From the NCBI RefSeq assembly GCF_035084215.1, contig NC_090326.1, positions 120,776,001 to 120,840,000 of the forward strand: 64,000 nt of DNA. Direction: 5' to 3'. The notes beneath the pieces are model-generated. The model worked only from the letters and a program-made list of their open reading frames with translations, did not search any database and had not been told where the DNA came from. The DNA is from Heptranchias perlo (taxonomy: Eukaryota). The position numbers and the translations under genes are program-made. This document shows, piece by piece, positions 26,277-38,129 of the stretch (its first letter is position 1; each line of letters opens with the position of its first letter).

Positions 26277-28328
26277 GGGCTCGATATTAGCAGGGCGGCG
26301 GGGGGGCGATTGGGCATGTGGGTAACGCGCCCGGTGAAATCAGTCTGCCCCCCGCGCGATCGCAGCCTAATTGGATCCACTTACCTGGTCTTCCGGGTTC
26401 CCCGCTGCTGAGCTACGCGTCGGGCTGACTGTGCATGCGCAGTAAGGTCTGTCAGCTGGAGGAGTTCTATTTAAAGGGGCAGTCCTCCACTGACTGATGC
26501 TGCAAGAAATAGGAAAAATTACAGCATGGAGCAGCCCAGGGGGATGGCTGCTCCCAGGTTTAATGATGCCTCACTCCAGGTATCATTGGATGGGGTGAGG
26601 AGGAGGGGGAGGACAGAGATCTTCCCCCCGGCGGGCGGGAGGAAGCGGCCTGCCTCTGCCACCAAGAAGGCCTGGCTCAAGGTGGCAGAGGAGGTCATCT
26701 GCACCACCAACATATCGCGCACCTGCATACAGTGCAGGAGGCGTTGCAATGACCTAGTAGGTCAGCCAAAGTGAGTACACTTACTCATTCCCCTACACTC
26801 CGTCTGCCACATCACTGCCCCCACCCCACATCTCCTTCTGCACTGCCAACACGACTCTGTCACATCACTCCTCACACCCACTCAAACCTCATCCTCATCT
26901 TACCTGCACTTACTCACCTCGCCAGTACTCATCCCACCACTACCACTCAACCCAATCCTCATACAATCTCATGGCTCTATCTCATACTCACCCTCTCATG
27001 CATCTCTTTCACGGTCAGCTTCACTCAACCTGCCACTACCTGTGCTGCAGCCACAGGGCATGCATCACATATGTGCAGTAGGAAGCGTAAGGCAAATGTG
27101 TCGTGAGCATGAAGGGGATGCACAAGGGTGTTTGAGGGTTTGTCATGGTTTTTACTTATATTGAATTTCTGATCAACTCACATTACATATTATATTGGCA
27201 CCACTACTGCCATATCTTTGCGAATCTTGTCTGGTTTGTGCAATAATGCCCTTTCCTGAGGATCACTATGAAGACCCACACCTGATGCCACCCATTGTGT
27301 CACTGCAGAGTGGGTGTAGGTGTATTTGCAGGGCTCTTTTGTGCAGACGACTGAGAGACGTCGGCGATGTCCCCGGTGGCACCTTGGAAGGATGCGGAGG
27401 AGAAGTTGTTGAGGGCAGTGGTGACTTTGACAGCAACAGGTAAGAAGATGGTGCTCAGGCCAACCGGGAGCAGCTCGGCATGAAGGAGGCTGCAGATGTC
27501 CACGACTACATGTTGAGTGACTCTGAGCCTCCGTGTGCACTGCTGCTCAGAGTGGTCCAGGAAGCTGAGCCTCGGTCTGTGGACTCTGTGGCGAGGGTAG
27601 TGCCCTCTGCGACGCATCTCTCTCTGTGGTTGCCCTCCCTCCTGCTGTGCAGGTGGATGTGTCACAGCACTGTGTTGTGGAGCTCCACGTGTCAGAGGTG
27701 GACGGCGTGGCCGGCGAGGCTGGTGATGCTGTTCGCCCTCCGAGGAGGTCATGACTGCAGCTACGGCGGCCCCCATCCGGAAGATGTACATCTGAGGGGG
27801 TCTGCAAGGTAGGTACATGTCTCTGGACACCGGGGTAAGTGTGCAAGTTGGTGAATTTGATTGTTAGGAGGAGGGTGGTGGAGGCCAAACTTTGTCCAAA
27901 GTGACAGAGTGGCCTCCTGCAATGAGTGAGGGTCTCCCCCCACCCCCCCCCCCCCTGTCAAATGGACCTTTGCAGTTGCCACAGGCTGGTGGCTGCAACA
28001 CGTCCATTTCAACTGGGTGTGTTTCCCCCAGTACGGGAAACAGTCCCAGTTGTTTGTAATATCCCAACCCTCCTGAAATATCTCCTTAATCAGGTCTGTT
28101 AATGACCTGAAATACCAGAATAAATACTGTTAAGTGGCACCCTGCTGGCTTTAATTGCTGGCGGGAGTCCCACATGCGGGGGCTGCGCGCGCACGTCAAC
28201 GCGTCTGTGGGGAACCCGGAAGTGGGCGGGTTGGAGCTGGGCTCCCGTCCCGCTCCGGGATTCCCCGATTTTCGGAGCCCCCACCCCAGTCAGGAACGCA
28301 CCCGATAGCGGGTGCTAATATCGAGCCC
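26277..28328 (+). mobile_element. Non-autonomous PIF/Harbinger deletion derivative, copy 1
   Basis: Perfect 16-bp TIR gggctcgatattagca; 3-bp flanks CAG/CAT; Myb/SANT exon on plus (26526-26770), transposase N-terminus on minus. Confidence 0.9.
27300..27776 (-). CDS. Truncated Harbinger transposase ORF (N-terminal region only, no DDE domain), 158 aa
   Basis: MGAAV...RPRLSFLD...LPVAVKVTTALNNFSSASFQGATGDIADVSQSSAQK, then a short novel tail; same-length open frame at 60095-60571; expression unknown. Confidence 0.5.
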   Translation of the reverse strand: MGAAVAAVMTSSEGEQHHQPRRPRRPPLTRGAPQHSAVTHPPAQQEGGQPQREMRRRGHYPRHRVHRPRLSFLDHSEQQCTRRLRVTQHVVVDICSLLHAELLPVGLSTIFLPVAVKVTTALNNFSSASFQGATGDIADVSQSSAQKSPANTPTPTLQ

Positions 28329-31300
28329 CATGTCCTAAAATAATTTGTCACTCAAGCTCATTTGTCTCATTTGGGTAAAGTTCCTTCGTTCCCATGTCAA
28401 CTGCTAAATGCAACATAATGTAGGTATGCAGTGTTCCATTTTAGGACAGGAGAATAGAAGAAAAAAAATTATTATGCAGTTCATCCTCAATTCATGTGGC
28501 AGTAATGTAAAGTTATGCAGCCAGATCATTCAACTTTTCTGGATGAATAAAAATGTTAGAACAGATAACTGGCAATTGGAAAAAATGGGGATTACTCTTC
28601 CATTAAATTGCTGCCTTGATGATTTAACTGACACTTTATACATATATAAAAGTCTTGAGTCCAACATGGATTTTGTCCATCAAACTTCATCTGTCACACT
28701 TCAGGCATCACACTTAGTTGTCACAATTTGGGTGTCAGACTTCATGCATCATGCTTCTATATATGCAAATTTCAATATCACATTTCACAAGATTGGCTCA
28801 AATTAAACATAGGAATCAAAACAGGAAAGGCAAGTATGAAAACTACTAATTGCAAAATACAATTACAATGAATCAAAACTAAGCATTGGCCAACAGTTAC
28901 CTCCAGCCAGGAGCAGAAGAGGAACCAATGAAATCGGTCCAAATATTTTTCCAAATCCTTTTGGCTGCCTTCCTTCTTCCTTAAGCTGAGGTATCTAGTA
29001 CTGAAAATAAAGTTTATAACATAATAAAGTCATTTAGAACATTTGAAATTTTGCAAGAAAATTATTAAATTTACCCTTACGGTAGCATTTTCTGTGTTTG
29101 AAATTCCTCTAACAATATTTTTCGGTCTGCACCTATCTGAGAAATCTGCGGTTTGATTTTATGGGACTTCCTAGAGCAATCATTGTCAGCTGAAGTGATT
29201 CAACAAAGTAGCAGACTACAACTTACAGTATGCATCTCCCAGATCATTGACAGCAAGATTGGCCATTCATTGAGTATGTCAGAAAGTGCTGTTTGCAAGG
29301 CCCACCTCCCCTCTGTTTATTACTTAGGACAATTTTCAAAATACATTAAAGCATATAAACTTTTCAATTTTTTAGAGGTAATTTGGCTTATAAAGTAAGC
29401 TAAGTTACTGGGGTACTAATATTCTGACATTGTTGTGCTGTAGGAAATGCAGTGGAGCAGAACTTTCACCTGCTGATTTCACCTGCAGCACAACAGGGGC
29501 ACCCATCTCACGGAGGCAGTGCGAGCTCGGAGCTCAAGGCCAGATCGGCCTGAAGATTGAGGATGGCCAAAAGTTTTAAAATTAGATTATATGGATTGAA
29601 TCCCCCGTATGGACTCTCTTGAGATAGATTACCTTTGGATTTGTCACTTTTTATCCTTACGCCTCTGAGAAGTACCTTGGAGTGTTTTTTCTACATTAAA
29701 GACCCTATATAAATGTAAGTTGTTGTTGTTTCTGTTGTTCGCTAAGCCTAGAACAAAATTTACGCCTACCCCCATGCATCTACCAAAGGTGCATCTTGTA
29801 GGATGCTTGGGGAAGTCTAGACATACTCCCAACCAGCTGCTGGGACATTTGGCGGGTCGGACTAAAGAAATCCTGATTCCCCTGCCCCGTCCTATTGGAA
29901 TTTTTTCTGTGATATAAATGTGGTGAAAATCTGGAATTTCTGTATTCAAGGGGTTGTTTATTTAGCAACTACATACTACATGCCTGGCAAATGAAGCTTT
30001 AGAGTTTGAAATTTTACTAATGTTAATTTTACTCATTTTGTAATGCATTCTAAATAGTTACACCAGCTGCATTTCTTTTATTTATATATATCTTATAATA
30101 AATCTCCTGCTCCTACAACCCCACAAAGGAAAGAAATAAATTTACCTTGAGGGTCCTCTTTTCTCAGTGATCAGCCTGCTGAGAAAGCCACAGCCACTTC
30201 TACCTGCTCAAGCCAACATTAAAATGGCAGTCGGGTGCTCTAGGTACCTGCAATTTAAAATTACAGCCGACGGGATTGAGGTGGATGGCCAGTGGATGAG
30301 TCTCGCACTCCATTTTAACTGGCGGAAACCAGGTAGGGTGAGGGGGTGGGGAGGAGATAAAATTCTCCCCATTATATTGGCTGCCTATTGAAGTGAATAA
30401 AGTATGTGGATAAGTTCTCGTTGAATTGAGGAAAAGATGTTTAGCAGTGCTCAGCATTTAATTTGTTATTTTCATTTGCCCCAATCAATAGTATCAAACG
30501 AGAAAGCAAATAAACTAGACTGTGTTGTGTGATGGCCAACGCTGAGCTCCTGTGCAACAGCTTCAGCAGAGTCTTCACAAAGGCTGCAGGCTAAAATTAG
30601 ACAAATCATTGCAATCTCATTATGTAGTGAAGTCTTGTTTCTTATCTAATAATACCAGCTTTCAATCACCGTAGGTCTTTAATAAAAGCTGTAATAACAA
30701 TACATCGTTTCCTGATATAATTACAAAGCCTGTATCAGAGCAGTCAGTATCAGTAATTTGGAAAAGTAACTGCAAGTTTGAATTTCTGGTCACGTTATTG
30801 GATCACAGAATGTTTTTTTTCAAAGAGTGGAGCTGGCCTTTAGAGACAACTAGGTATTAGTTGTCTTGTTTTGTAATCTTAATTGCTTTGAGTTGTCATC
30901 TTTTCTCCAGCTAGCTGCATGGATTTATAACTGTCTATTCACTACTACCTTATGTGATGTACAATCAGTGAATTGAACCAGACTAATAAAAACGACTGGA
31001 TTTTATCAGAAAAACATTGGTTCAGAGTGCTTGTTTTCATAAAATTTATTTTATTTTTGTAATTCAAGGAAAGTTAAGTGTGTTAGAATCTGACTCAAGT
31101 CACCATCTGGCACAATATTATAATTAAAGTTAAGTGCTATATGCAGATTATAACCTGAAAACTATAGTGAACAGGGTTCTCATATGAACACTTGATACAT
31201 TTGCATTAAATCCTTGCCTCAGCGATTTAAATGGCGATGTTAACTAATTGAAATAAATGGATAAACGCCTCTTTAAAATACTGGGGAGAGGAATCTGATA

Positions 31301-32041
31301 TGAACACATTAAATGTTGATACGAGAACATTACAGCAACTTCCAGGCTAATGACTCCTGAATTTTTGTAAGGATGTTTTAAAGATGTGCAGGCAATTCTT
31401 TTCTAATACAATTTTTACACTGGACCTTTAGTACTACCACTGTGGCATTCTCTTTAAAAATACTAGCTGTGACTGCTGTTTGTGGTTTTAGTAAAATTAT
31501 ATAATAAGTTAATGTATATGACCATGGGCTCAATTTTAAAACCGAAGTCTGGGTGCATTAGGGGCAGGGGGCCAAATAAAATTGTGATCTTCTGGAGCGG
31601 GCAGGAATCCCAGCTCCAACCCGCTGAAGAATGTGCACGATCCAGAGTCATCTGGGTGCGCACGCCGTTCCTGAACCCAGAAGTGCAGGAAGGTATTTAA
31701 ATCACTAAATCAAGTACTTAAAGTACTTGAAATGTCCATAAATCCAATTGATATGAAGGCAAGCGATTTTAACGCTGCCTCAACGTGTTTCCCGTGCTGT
31801 GTGAAACACGCCATGCTGAAGGAGCCATGTTTCAGCCGGCAGCCATTTAGACATTTAAATGCCTGTTTGACAGATGGGGATAATAGGTGAGTTATTGCAG
31901 CAGGGCACTCAGTTCTCTCAGACAAACTTTTGGCTGGGAGATCTTTGTGTTTAGACTGAAAATTCTTGGTTTCCACTCAGAATTCTTCTGTTTACACATA
32001 TTTACCAACTTTTCAGACCCCCTCAAACTGACAGCATCAGG

Positions 32042-33195
32042 ATGGCTGCTTTCACCACTACATCCAAGGACGAGCAACATCACCAGCCTCGCCAGGCACG
32101 GCATGCACTTCCACTACTTGGAGGTCCACAACACAGTGCTGTGCCACAGGGACCTACACAAGAGTACAGAGGGGGACAACAGAGAGAACAAAGTTGCAGG
32201 AGGTACTACCCTTGCCAGACCGAGGCTCAGCTTCCTGAACATCTCTCAGGAGCAGTGCATACAGAGGCTGAGAGTGAGTCGCCAGGTGGTCGCAGACATC
32301 TGTAGCCTCCTTCATGCCGAGCTGCTCCCAGCTAGGCCTGGCGGCATCTCATTACCCGTCGCTGTTAAAGTCACCACCACCCTCAACTTCTTCGCCTCCG
32401 GAACATTCCAGGGCACCACCGGTGACATCGCCGGGGTCTCTCAGTCATCTGCACACAAGTGCATAAGGCAGGTCACCGACGGCTTGTTTCGCACGGCCTC
32501 GCAATACGTCAACTTCCCCAAGGACAACCTCAGCCAGACGGAGAGGCCAGTGGGATTCCACTCTGTGGCTGGCTTCCCACGGGTTCAGGGTGCAATTGAT
32601 TGCACACATATAGCAATCCGAGCACCCCACACGAGCCAGGACTGTTCATCAACAGAAAGGGTTATCACTCCATCATTGCTCAGATGGTTTGTGACCACCA
32701 CAAAAGGTTCATTCACGTGTGCGCCAGATTCCCTGGCAACTGCCACGATTCATTCATTCTGAGGGAATCCGACATGCCAGGCCTCCTCCACGCACCGAAC
32801 ACCCTTAAGGGCTGGCTCCTCAGAGACAAGGGATACCCCCTGCACATGTGGCTCATGACACCTCTAAGGAACCTCATCAGCGAGCAACAATGTCGCTACA
32901 ACAACAGTCTGTAATTGAACATGCGATAGGGCTGCTCAAGATACGATTTTGGTGCCTCGTTCATTCTGGGGCAGCGCTTCAATAAGCACCAGCGAGAGTG
33001 GGTCGCATTATAGTAGTGTGTTGTGTCCTGCACAACGTGGCACAACAGAGAGGGGTACCGGTTGATGATGCCCCATCCCCTCATCCACCATCCACATCTG
33101 TCATCCACGTTGAGGACGAGCAGGAGGACGAACCCATGGGCAGAGCAGTGGCTCACCTGACTACTTGTGAGGCCAGGGAGTTACTGATTATGTGA
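32042..33195 (+). pseudogene. Harbinger (HARBI1-like) DDE transposase, frameshifted
   Basis: GFPRVQGAIDCTHI, NRKGYHS, PGNCHDSFI, WLLRDKGYP, IEHAIGLLK and CCVLHN spread over several frames. Confidence 0.92.
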
Positions 33196-33527
33196 ATGAC
33201 TCTCGTATGATCAGAAAGTGAGAAGAGTCCAGTCCTCACACCATCTGGAAAGACCAACGCCAACACCAATCTCCCCCCCCCGGCGCCCCCCGCACAAAAC
33301 AGTCCTGCAATTACACATACACCTACTGTAAAGTGACCCACTGGATGGCATCATGTGTCGCCGTTCATGGTGAAGCACGTGAAAGGGCCCTATCACAAAA
33401 GCCAGTCAAGAATGGGCTGGATGTGGCAGTAGTGGTGAGAATAATAATGTTTAATGTGATTTTTACAAAAATTAAATATAAATGATAAACATGAAACTTT
33501 GTCAGGCACCCTTGTGCACACCCTTCG

Positions 33528-35488
33528 TGATCACAAATCCTTAACCTTCTTCTTCCTACCGCTTCTACATGGTGCATCTCCGGGGCTGCAGCAGAGGTAG
33601 TGGCAGGTTGCTCATGTTCATGCCCTGACTGCTTAGATGCTTTCGGCCTACGCCCTCTGGGGTTTGGACCCCGTGAGGGCCCCTCCAAAGACTGCTCCAC
33701 CTGCACCTGTGCAGGGGCAGACTCGGCCACCTGGAGAGGAGGCAGCATTGCAGGTACTGGTTGAGAGGGGGGCAACGGGTGAGACATGGAAGTACTTTGA
33801 GTGGCGTCCCCACTTCCATGTCCCCTTTCACCATCATCCCACTCCTGGGCCAGACCAACACGACTCCTACCACTCTGCTGGACAACAGTTTGGAGAACAT
33901 GTGTGATGCCTTGGAAGGCCACTTCTAAAGTATCTATCAGCCTGTTTAAGGCAGCAGAATGTTGTTCACCCTGAGTCCGAACAGGCGTTATCAGGATCTG
34001 AATGGGCTCAATTGCGAGCCATGCTTGAAGCCCAACAGAGGCTAGCCTTCTCTCCATCACAGACATTCCCGCACTTAACTGCGACACAATCTCAGACATT
34101 TCCGCAGTTACCTGCAATACTATCTCAGACATTTCAGGAGTTACGTGCGACACTATCTCAGAGAGTTGCTCACGTACCTGTGACAGTATCTCAGAGATTC
34201 CCTCCCGTACCTGTGCCACCATTCCACTCATGCAGGAGTTGGACTCCTCCATCCTCTGCGCTATAGTGGAGAGTGTGTGGCACCTGTTCCAGTATCTCGC
34301 AAATGTGTTGCTGTCCCTCGATCATTCTCCTCTTAAAGGATGGCCCCCGGGATTCAGCATCTGCGTCCAGCTGAGCAGAGCCTGGGGAGGAGTGCACCCA
34401 CCGACACGGACTCTCCACAGGTGTCCCTGCCACCAGTGTCTGCTCGTGCTCACTTGTGTGTGGTAAGTCACCAGGTGCCAACCCAACTAACTGACTACTA
34501 GGACCCACTGAGGTGAGTATCCACGCTCGTGGATGGCTCACTATGATGTGACGGTGCGCCCTCAAAGGCTGGGACCTCCTCTGAGGAATCGCCCTCTGCT
34601 GCCACTGCGGTCGTTGAACGGTCTGTAAGAGAACAGAAGGCAATATTAAGCATCATTACAGATATGTCATGTTGCGATGAGCATACTGAGGTGTTGAAGA
34701 TAGTAAGCATTGTTAACATCAATTCATATTGTGTGTGATGAATATTAAAGTTGTGTCACCAGACATTTGTGGGGTGCCAGTCTCGCCGTCCCCGACGGAC
34801 AGGCACTCGAGGTTGCGGCTGATCTCCAGTGCCTCCTGCTCCGCGTCTGTGAGGACCACTATTTGTTGTGGCCCTCCTCCAGTCCTCACCCTCTCGCGTG
34901 CATTTTGCGGTCTCTTCTCCTAGAAGGGGAGAAAGTACAGACGTGTGAGTGAGTGATGGTGAAGTAGCCAACCGATGAATGTATTGCTTTGGGTGAGGCT
35001 AACCATGAAAGAGGTGCATGAGAGGGTGAGTATGAAACAGAGCCATGACATTGTACGAGGATTGGGTTGAGTGGTAGTGGTGGGGTGAGTACTGGGGAGG
35101 TGAGGAAGTGCAGGTAAGTTGAAGATGAGCATTAAGTGGGTGTGAGGAGTGATGTGATGGAGTAGTCTTGGCAGTGCAGAATGAGCTGGGTGGGGTGGGT
35201 GCGGTGATGTGCACCATGGAATGCAGGAGAATGAGTAAGTGTACTCACTTTTGCTGACCTAGTTAGGTCATTGAAGCGCATCCTGCACTGGATCCAGGTG
35301 GGCGATATGTTGCTGCTGCTGGTGACCTCCTCTGCCACCTCGAGCCAGGCCTTCATGGTGGCAGAGACAGGGCATTTCCTCCTGTCAGCTGGGTAAAACA
35401 GTTCTCTCCTCCTCCTCGCCCCAGCCAGTAGCTGCTGCAGTGTGGCATCATTAAATCTTAGAGCAGCCTTGCCCCTGTGCTGCTCCAT
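33528..35488 (-). pseudogene. Harbinger Myb/SANT-like (trihelix) gene, 3 exons: 35488-35249, 34919-34760, 34622-~33528
   Basis: Exon 1 MEQHRGKAALRFND...AWLEVAEEV...WIQCRMRFNDLTRSAK|gtgagt; exon 2 ag|EKRPQNARERVRTGGGP...|gtgaca; exon 3 follows cttacag and contains frameshifts. Confidence 0.85.
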
Positions 35489-36309
35489 ATTGTGTCTTTT
35501 TGGTCTTTGCTCCAGCAAAATCCATTGGAGCAATGGCCCTTTAAATGTAGATGTTCCAGCTGACAGCCTGTCATGCAGGTGCACAGTCCACCCACTGTGC
35601 AGCTTTAGGACGACAAACCCGGAAGCTACGTTAAGGGCCACCGCATCGCAATCGCGTGGGAAACGGTAAGATTTTATTATCCGGGTTTGCCTCGTGCCCA
35701 TTGACACCCCCCAACCGCTGCCGTCCAGCCGCCCTTTTAAAATCAAACCCCATGTGTCTCTTGGAGTAAAATTTATGCCATTAGCTTGTGAAGTTCTAAC
35801 CTTTCGCACATCCAAAATATGCATGTACAGAAATAGTATGAACTCATTAAAGCTATTCTGGCTTTGACATCAAAAATAATCAAGCAGATGTTGCTGTTTG
35901 TGGCTCTTGGTATTAATGAGTATTAATTATGATGGTTTGCTGGAGTAAGTTTAAATGGCCAGAGCAGTGTCAAACAAAAGTTAATGTATAAAATGGCTGA
36001 ATTTAAAATTTAGCACCAATGCTTGCTTCTAGCAACCTCTGTGATGAACGGCAAGGAGCCAGCGTCATTCTCGTGAGGGTGACATATTAGAAAAACACTA
36101 ATTACGCAGCTACTTAAACGTACTACAGATAATCTTTTAAAGTGTACAAAACTGGAATTTAAGTACTGTTGTGTTCCTGATTACAGACTGCGATAATTGT
36201 AAGGTCTTAAACATCATCTAATTTGAGGTGAAAGGGAAGAAAATGCACAAATAACTGAGAGCTATAGGTTGGATTATATATATGCAATACTATTAAAATG
36301 CAGCATGTT

Positions 36310-36818
36310 CATACGAACATATGAATTAAGAGCAGGAGTAGGCCATTCGGCCCATTTGATAAGAACTAGGGGCCACAGTTTAAAAATAGGGGATCTACCA
36401 TTTAAGACGGAAACCCTACTTTCTCATCTACCTACTATAACCTTTGACTCCCTTGTTAATCAGGAATCTATCTAACTCAGCCTTAAAAATATTCAATGAC
36501 CCTGCCTCCAGCACTCTCTGGGGAAGGGAGTTCCACAGACTTACGACCCTCTGAGAGAAAAAAATTCTCCTCATCTCCGTCTTAAATGGGAGACCCCCTA
36601 TTTTTAAACTGTGGCCCCCTAGTTCTAGTCTCTCCCACTAGGGGAAACATCCTCTCAGCATCTACCCCTTCTAGTTCCCTCAGGATCTTATATGTTTCAA
36701 TAAGATCACCTCTCATTCTTCTAAACTCCAGTGTATACAGGCCCAGCTTGTCCAACCTTTCCTCATAAGATAACCCCCTCATCCCAGGAATCAGTCGAGT
36801 GAACCATCTCTGAACCGC
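36310..36818 (-). mobile_element. CR1 3' fragment with an internal inverted duplication
   Basis: FTRLIPGMRGLSYEERL...RGDLIETYKI on minus; 36362-36411 is an inverted copy of ~36576-36626. Confidence 0.8.
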
Positions 36819-38129
36819 AGATGTACAGACTAATGTACTCTTTACTGGATTTCTTTTGTTCTTGAACCATTTAAAAAGTAAAAGAAATTTACTGAAATAA
36901 AGACAGAGAATGCTGGAAACACTCAGCAAGTCAGGCAGCATCTGTGGAGAAAGAAACAGAGTTAATGTTTCAGGTCGAAGACTTTGTCAGAACTGGAAGA
37001 AGTTGAAGATTCAACAGTTTCTAAGCAAGTACAGAGCCAGGGAAAGGGTGAGGAGGAAAAAATAAAAGGGAAGGTCTCTGATAAGGTGGAGGGCAGGAGT
37101 GATTAAATGTCAAAAGGGATGATGGTGCAAGGCAAAGAGGGTGGTAATGGGACAAGTAAAGAAACAAAAGATGGGTCTAGAGGAGCTGTAAATGGCAACA
37201 GCAGAACCATTACCAGCACCTGCCGTCCAAAAAACTGGGAGCAGTGGTTATGATCTGAAGTTATTGAAATCAATGTTGAGTCCAGAAGTTTGTAAAGCGC
37301 CTAATCGAAAGATGAGGTGCTATTCCTCCAGCTTCTATTGAGCTTCATTGGAACAGTGTAAGAGGCCGAGGACAGAGAGGTCAGTGTGGGAGTGGGTCGG
37401 GGAATTAAAATGGCAAGCGACCGGCAGGTCAGGGTAATCCTTGTAGACTGAACGGAGGTGTTCAGCAAAGCGATCACCCCAATCTGCGTTTAATCTCCCC
37501 ACTGTAGGGGAGACCGTATTGTGAGCAGCGAACACAGTATACTAAATTGAAAGTACAAGTAAATCACTGTTTCACCTGGAAGGAGTGTTTGGGGCCCTGG
37601 ATGGTGGGAAGGGAGGAGGGAAGAGGCAGGTGTTGCATCTCCTGTGCTCTCACGGGAAGGTGCCATGCGGAGGGGAGTGGGTGTTGGTGGTGATGGAGGA
37701 GTGGACCAGGGTGTTGTGGAGGGAGCGGTCCCTTCAGAATGCTGGGAGGGAGGGGAGGGGAAGATGTGTTTGGTGGTGGCATCGCGCTGGAGGTGGCGGA
37801 AATGGCGGAAGATGATACGTTGAATGTGGAGGCTGGTGGGATGGAAGGTGAGGACAAGGGGGACCCTATCCTGTTTCTGGGAGGGAGGGGAAGGGGTGAG
37901 GGCAGAAGTGCAGGAACTGGGACGGACACGGTTGTGAGCCCTGTCAACTGCAGTGGAGGTGAATCCTAGGTTGACGAATGGTCATCGACCTGAAACGTTA
38001 ACACTGTTTCTTTCTCCACGGTTGCTGCCTGACTTGCTGAGAATTTCCAGCATTTTCTGTATTTATTTCAGATTTCCAGCATCTACAGTATTTTGCTTTT
38101 GATTTAGTTTTAAATTCACTCTTCCAGGA

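Larger units (their letters stand above)
31526..35750. mobile_element. Full-length but decayed PIF/Harbinger transposon (4.2 kb; convergent transposase and Myb/SANT genes)
   Basis: Imperfect TIRs gggctcaattttaaaa / ttttaaaatcaaaccc; CAT TSD at 31523-31525 and 35751-35753. Confidence 0.93.

Noticed and set aside
28408-28806. 132-aa ORF in unique sequence as a nested gene
   Set aside because: No recognisable motif or splice structure; length is compatible with chance.
31887-33195. Domesticated HARBI1 host gene
   Set aside because: Frameshifted and enclosed by TIRs and a TSD together with a Myb partner; this is a transposon copy.
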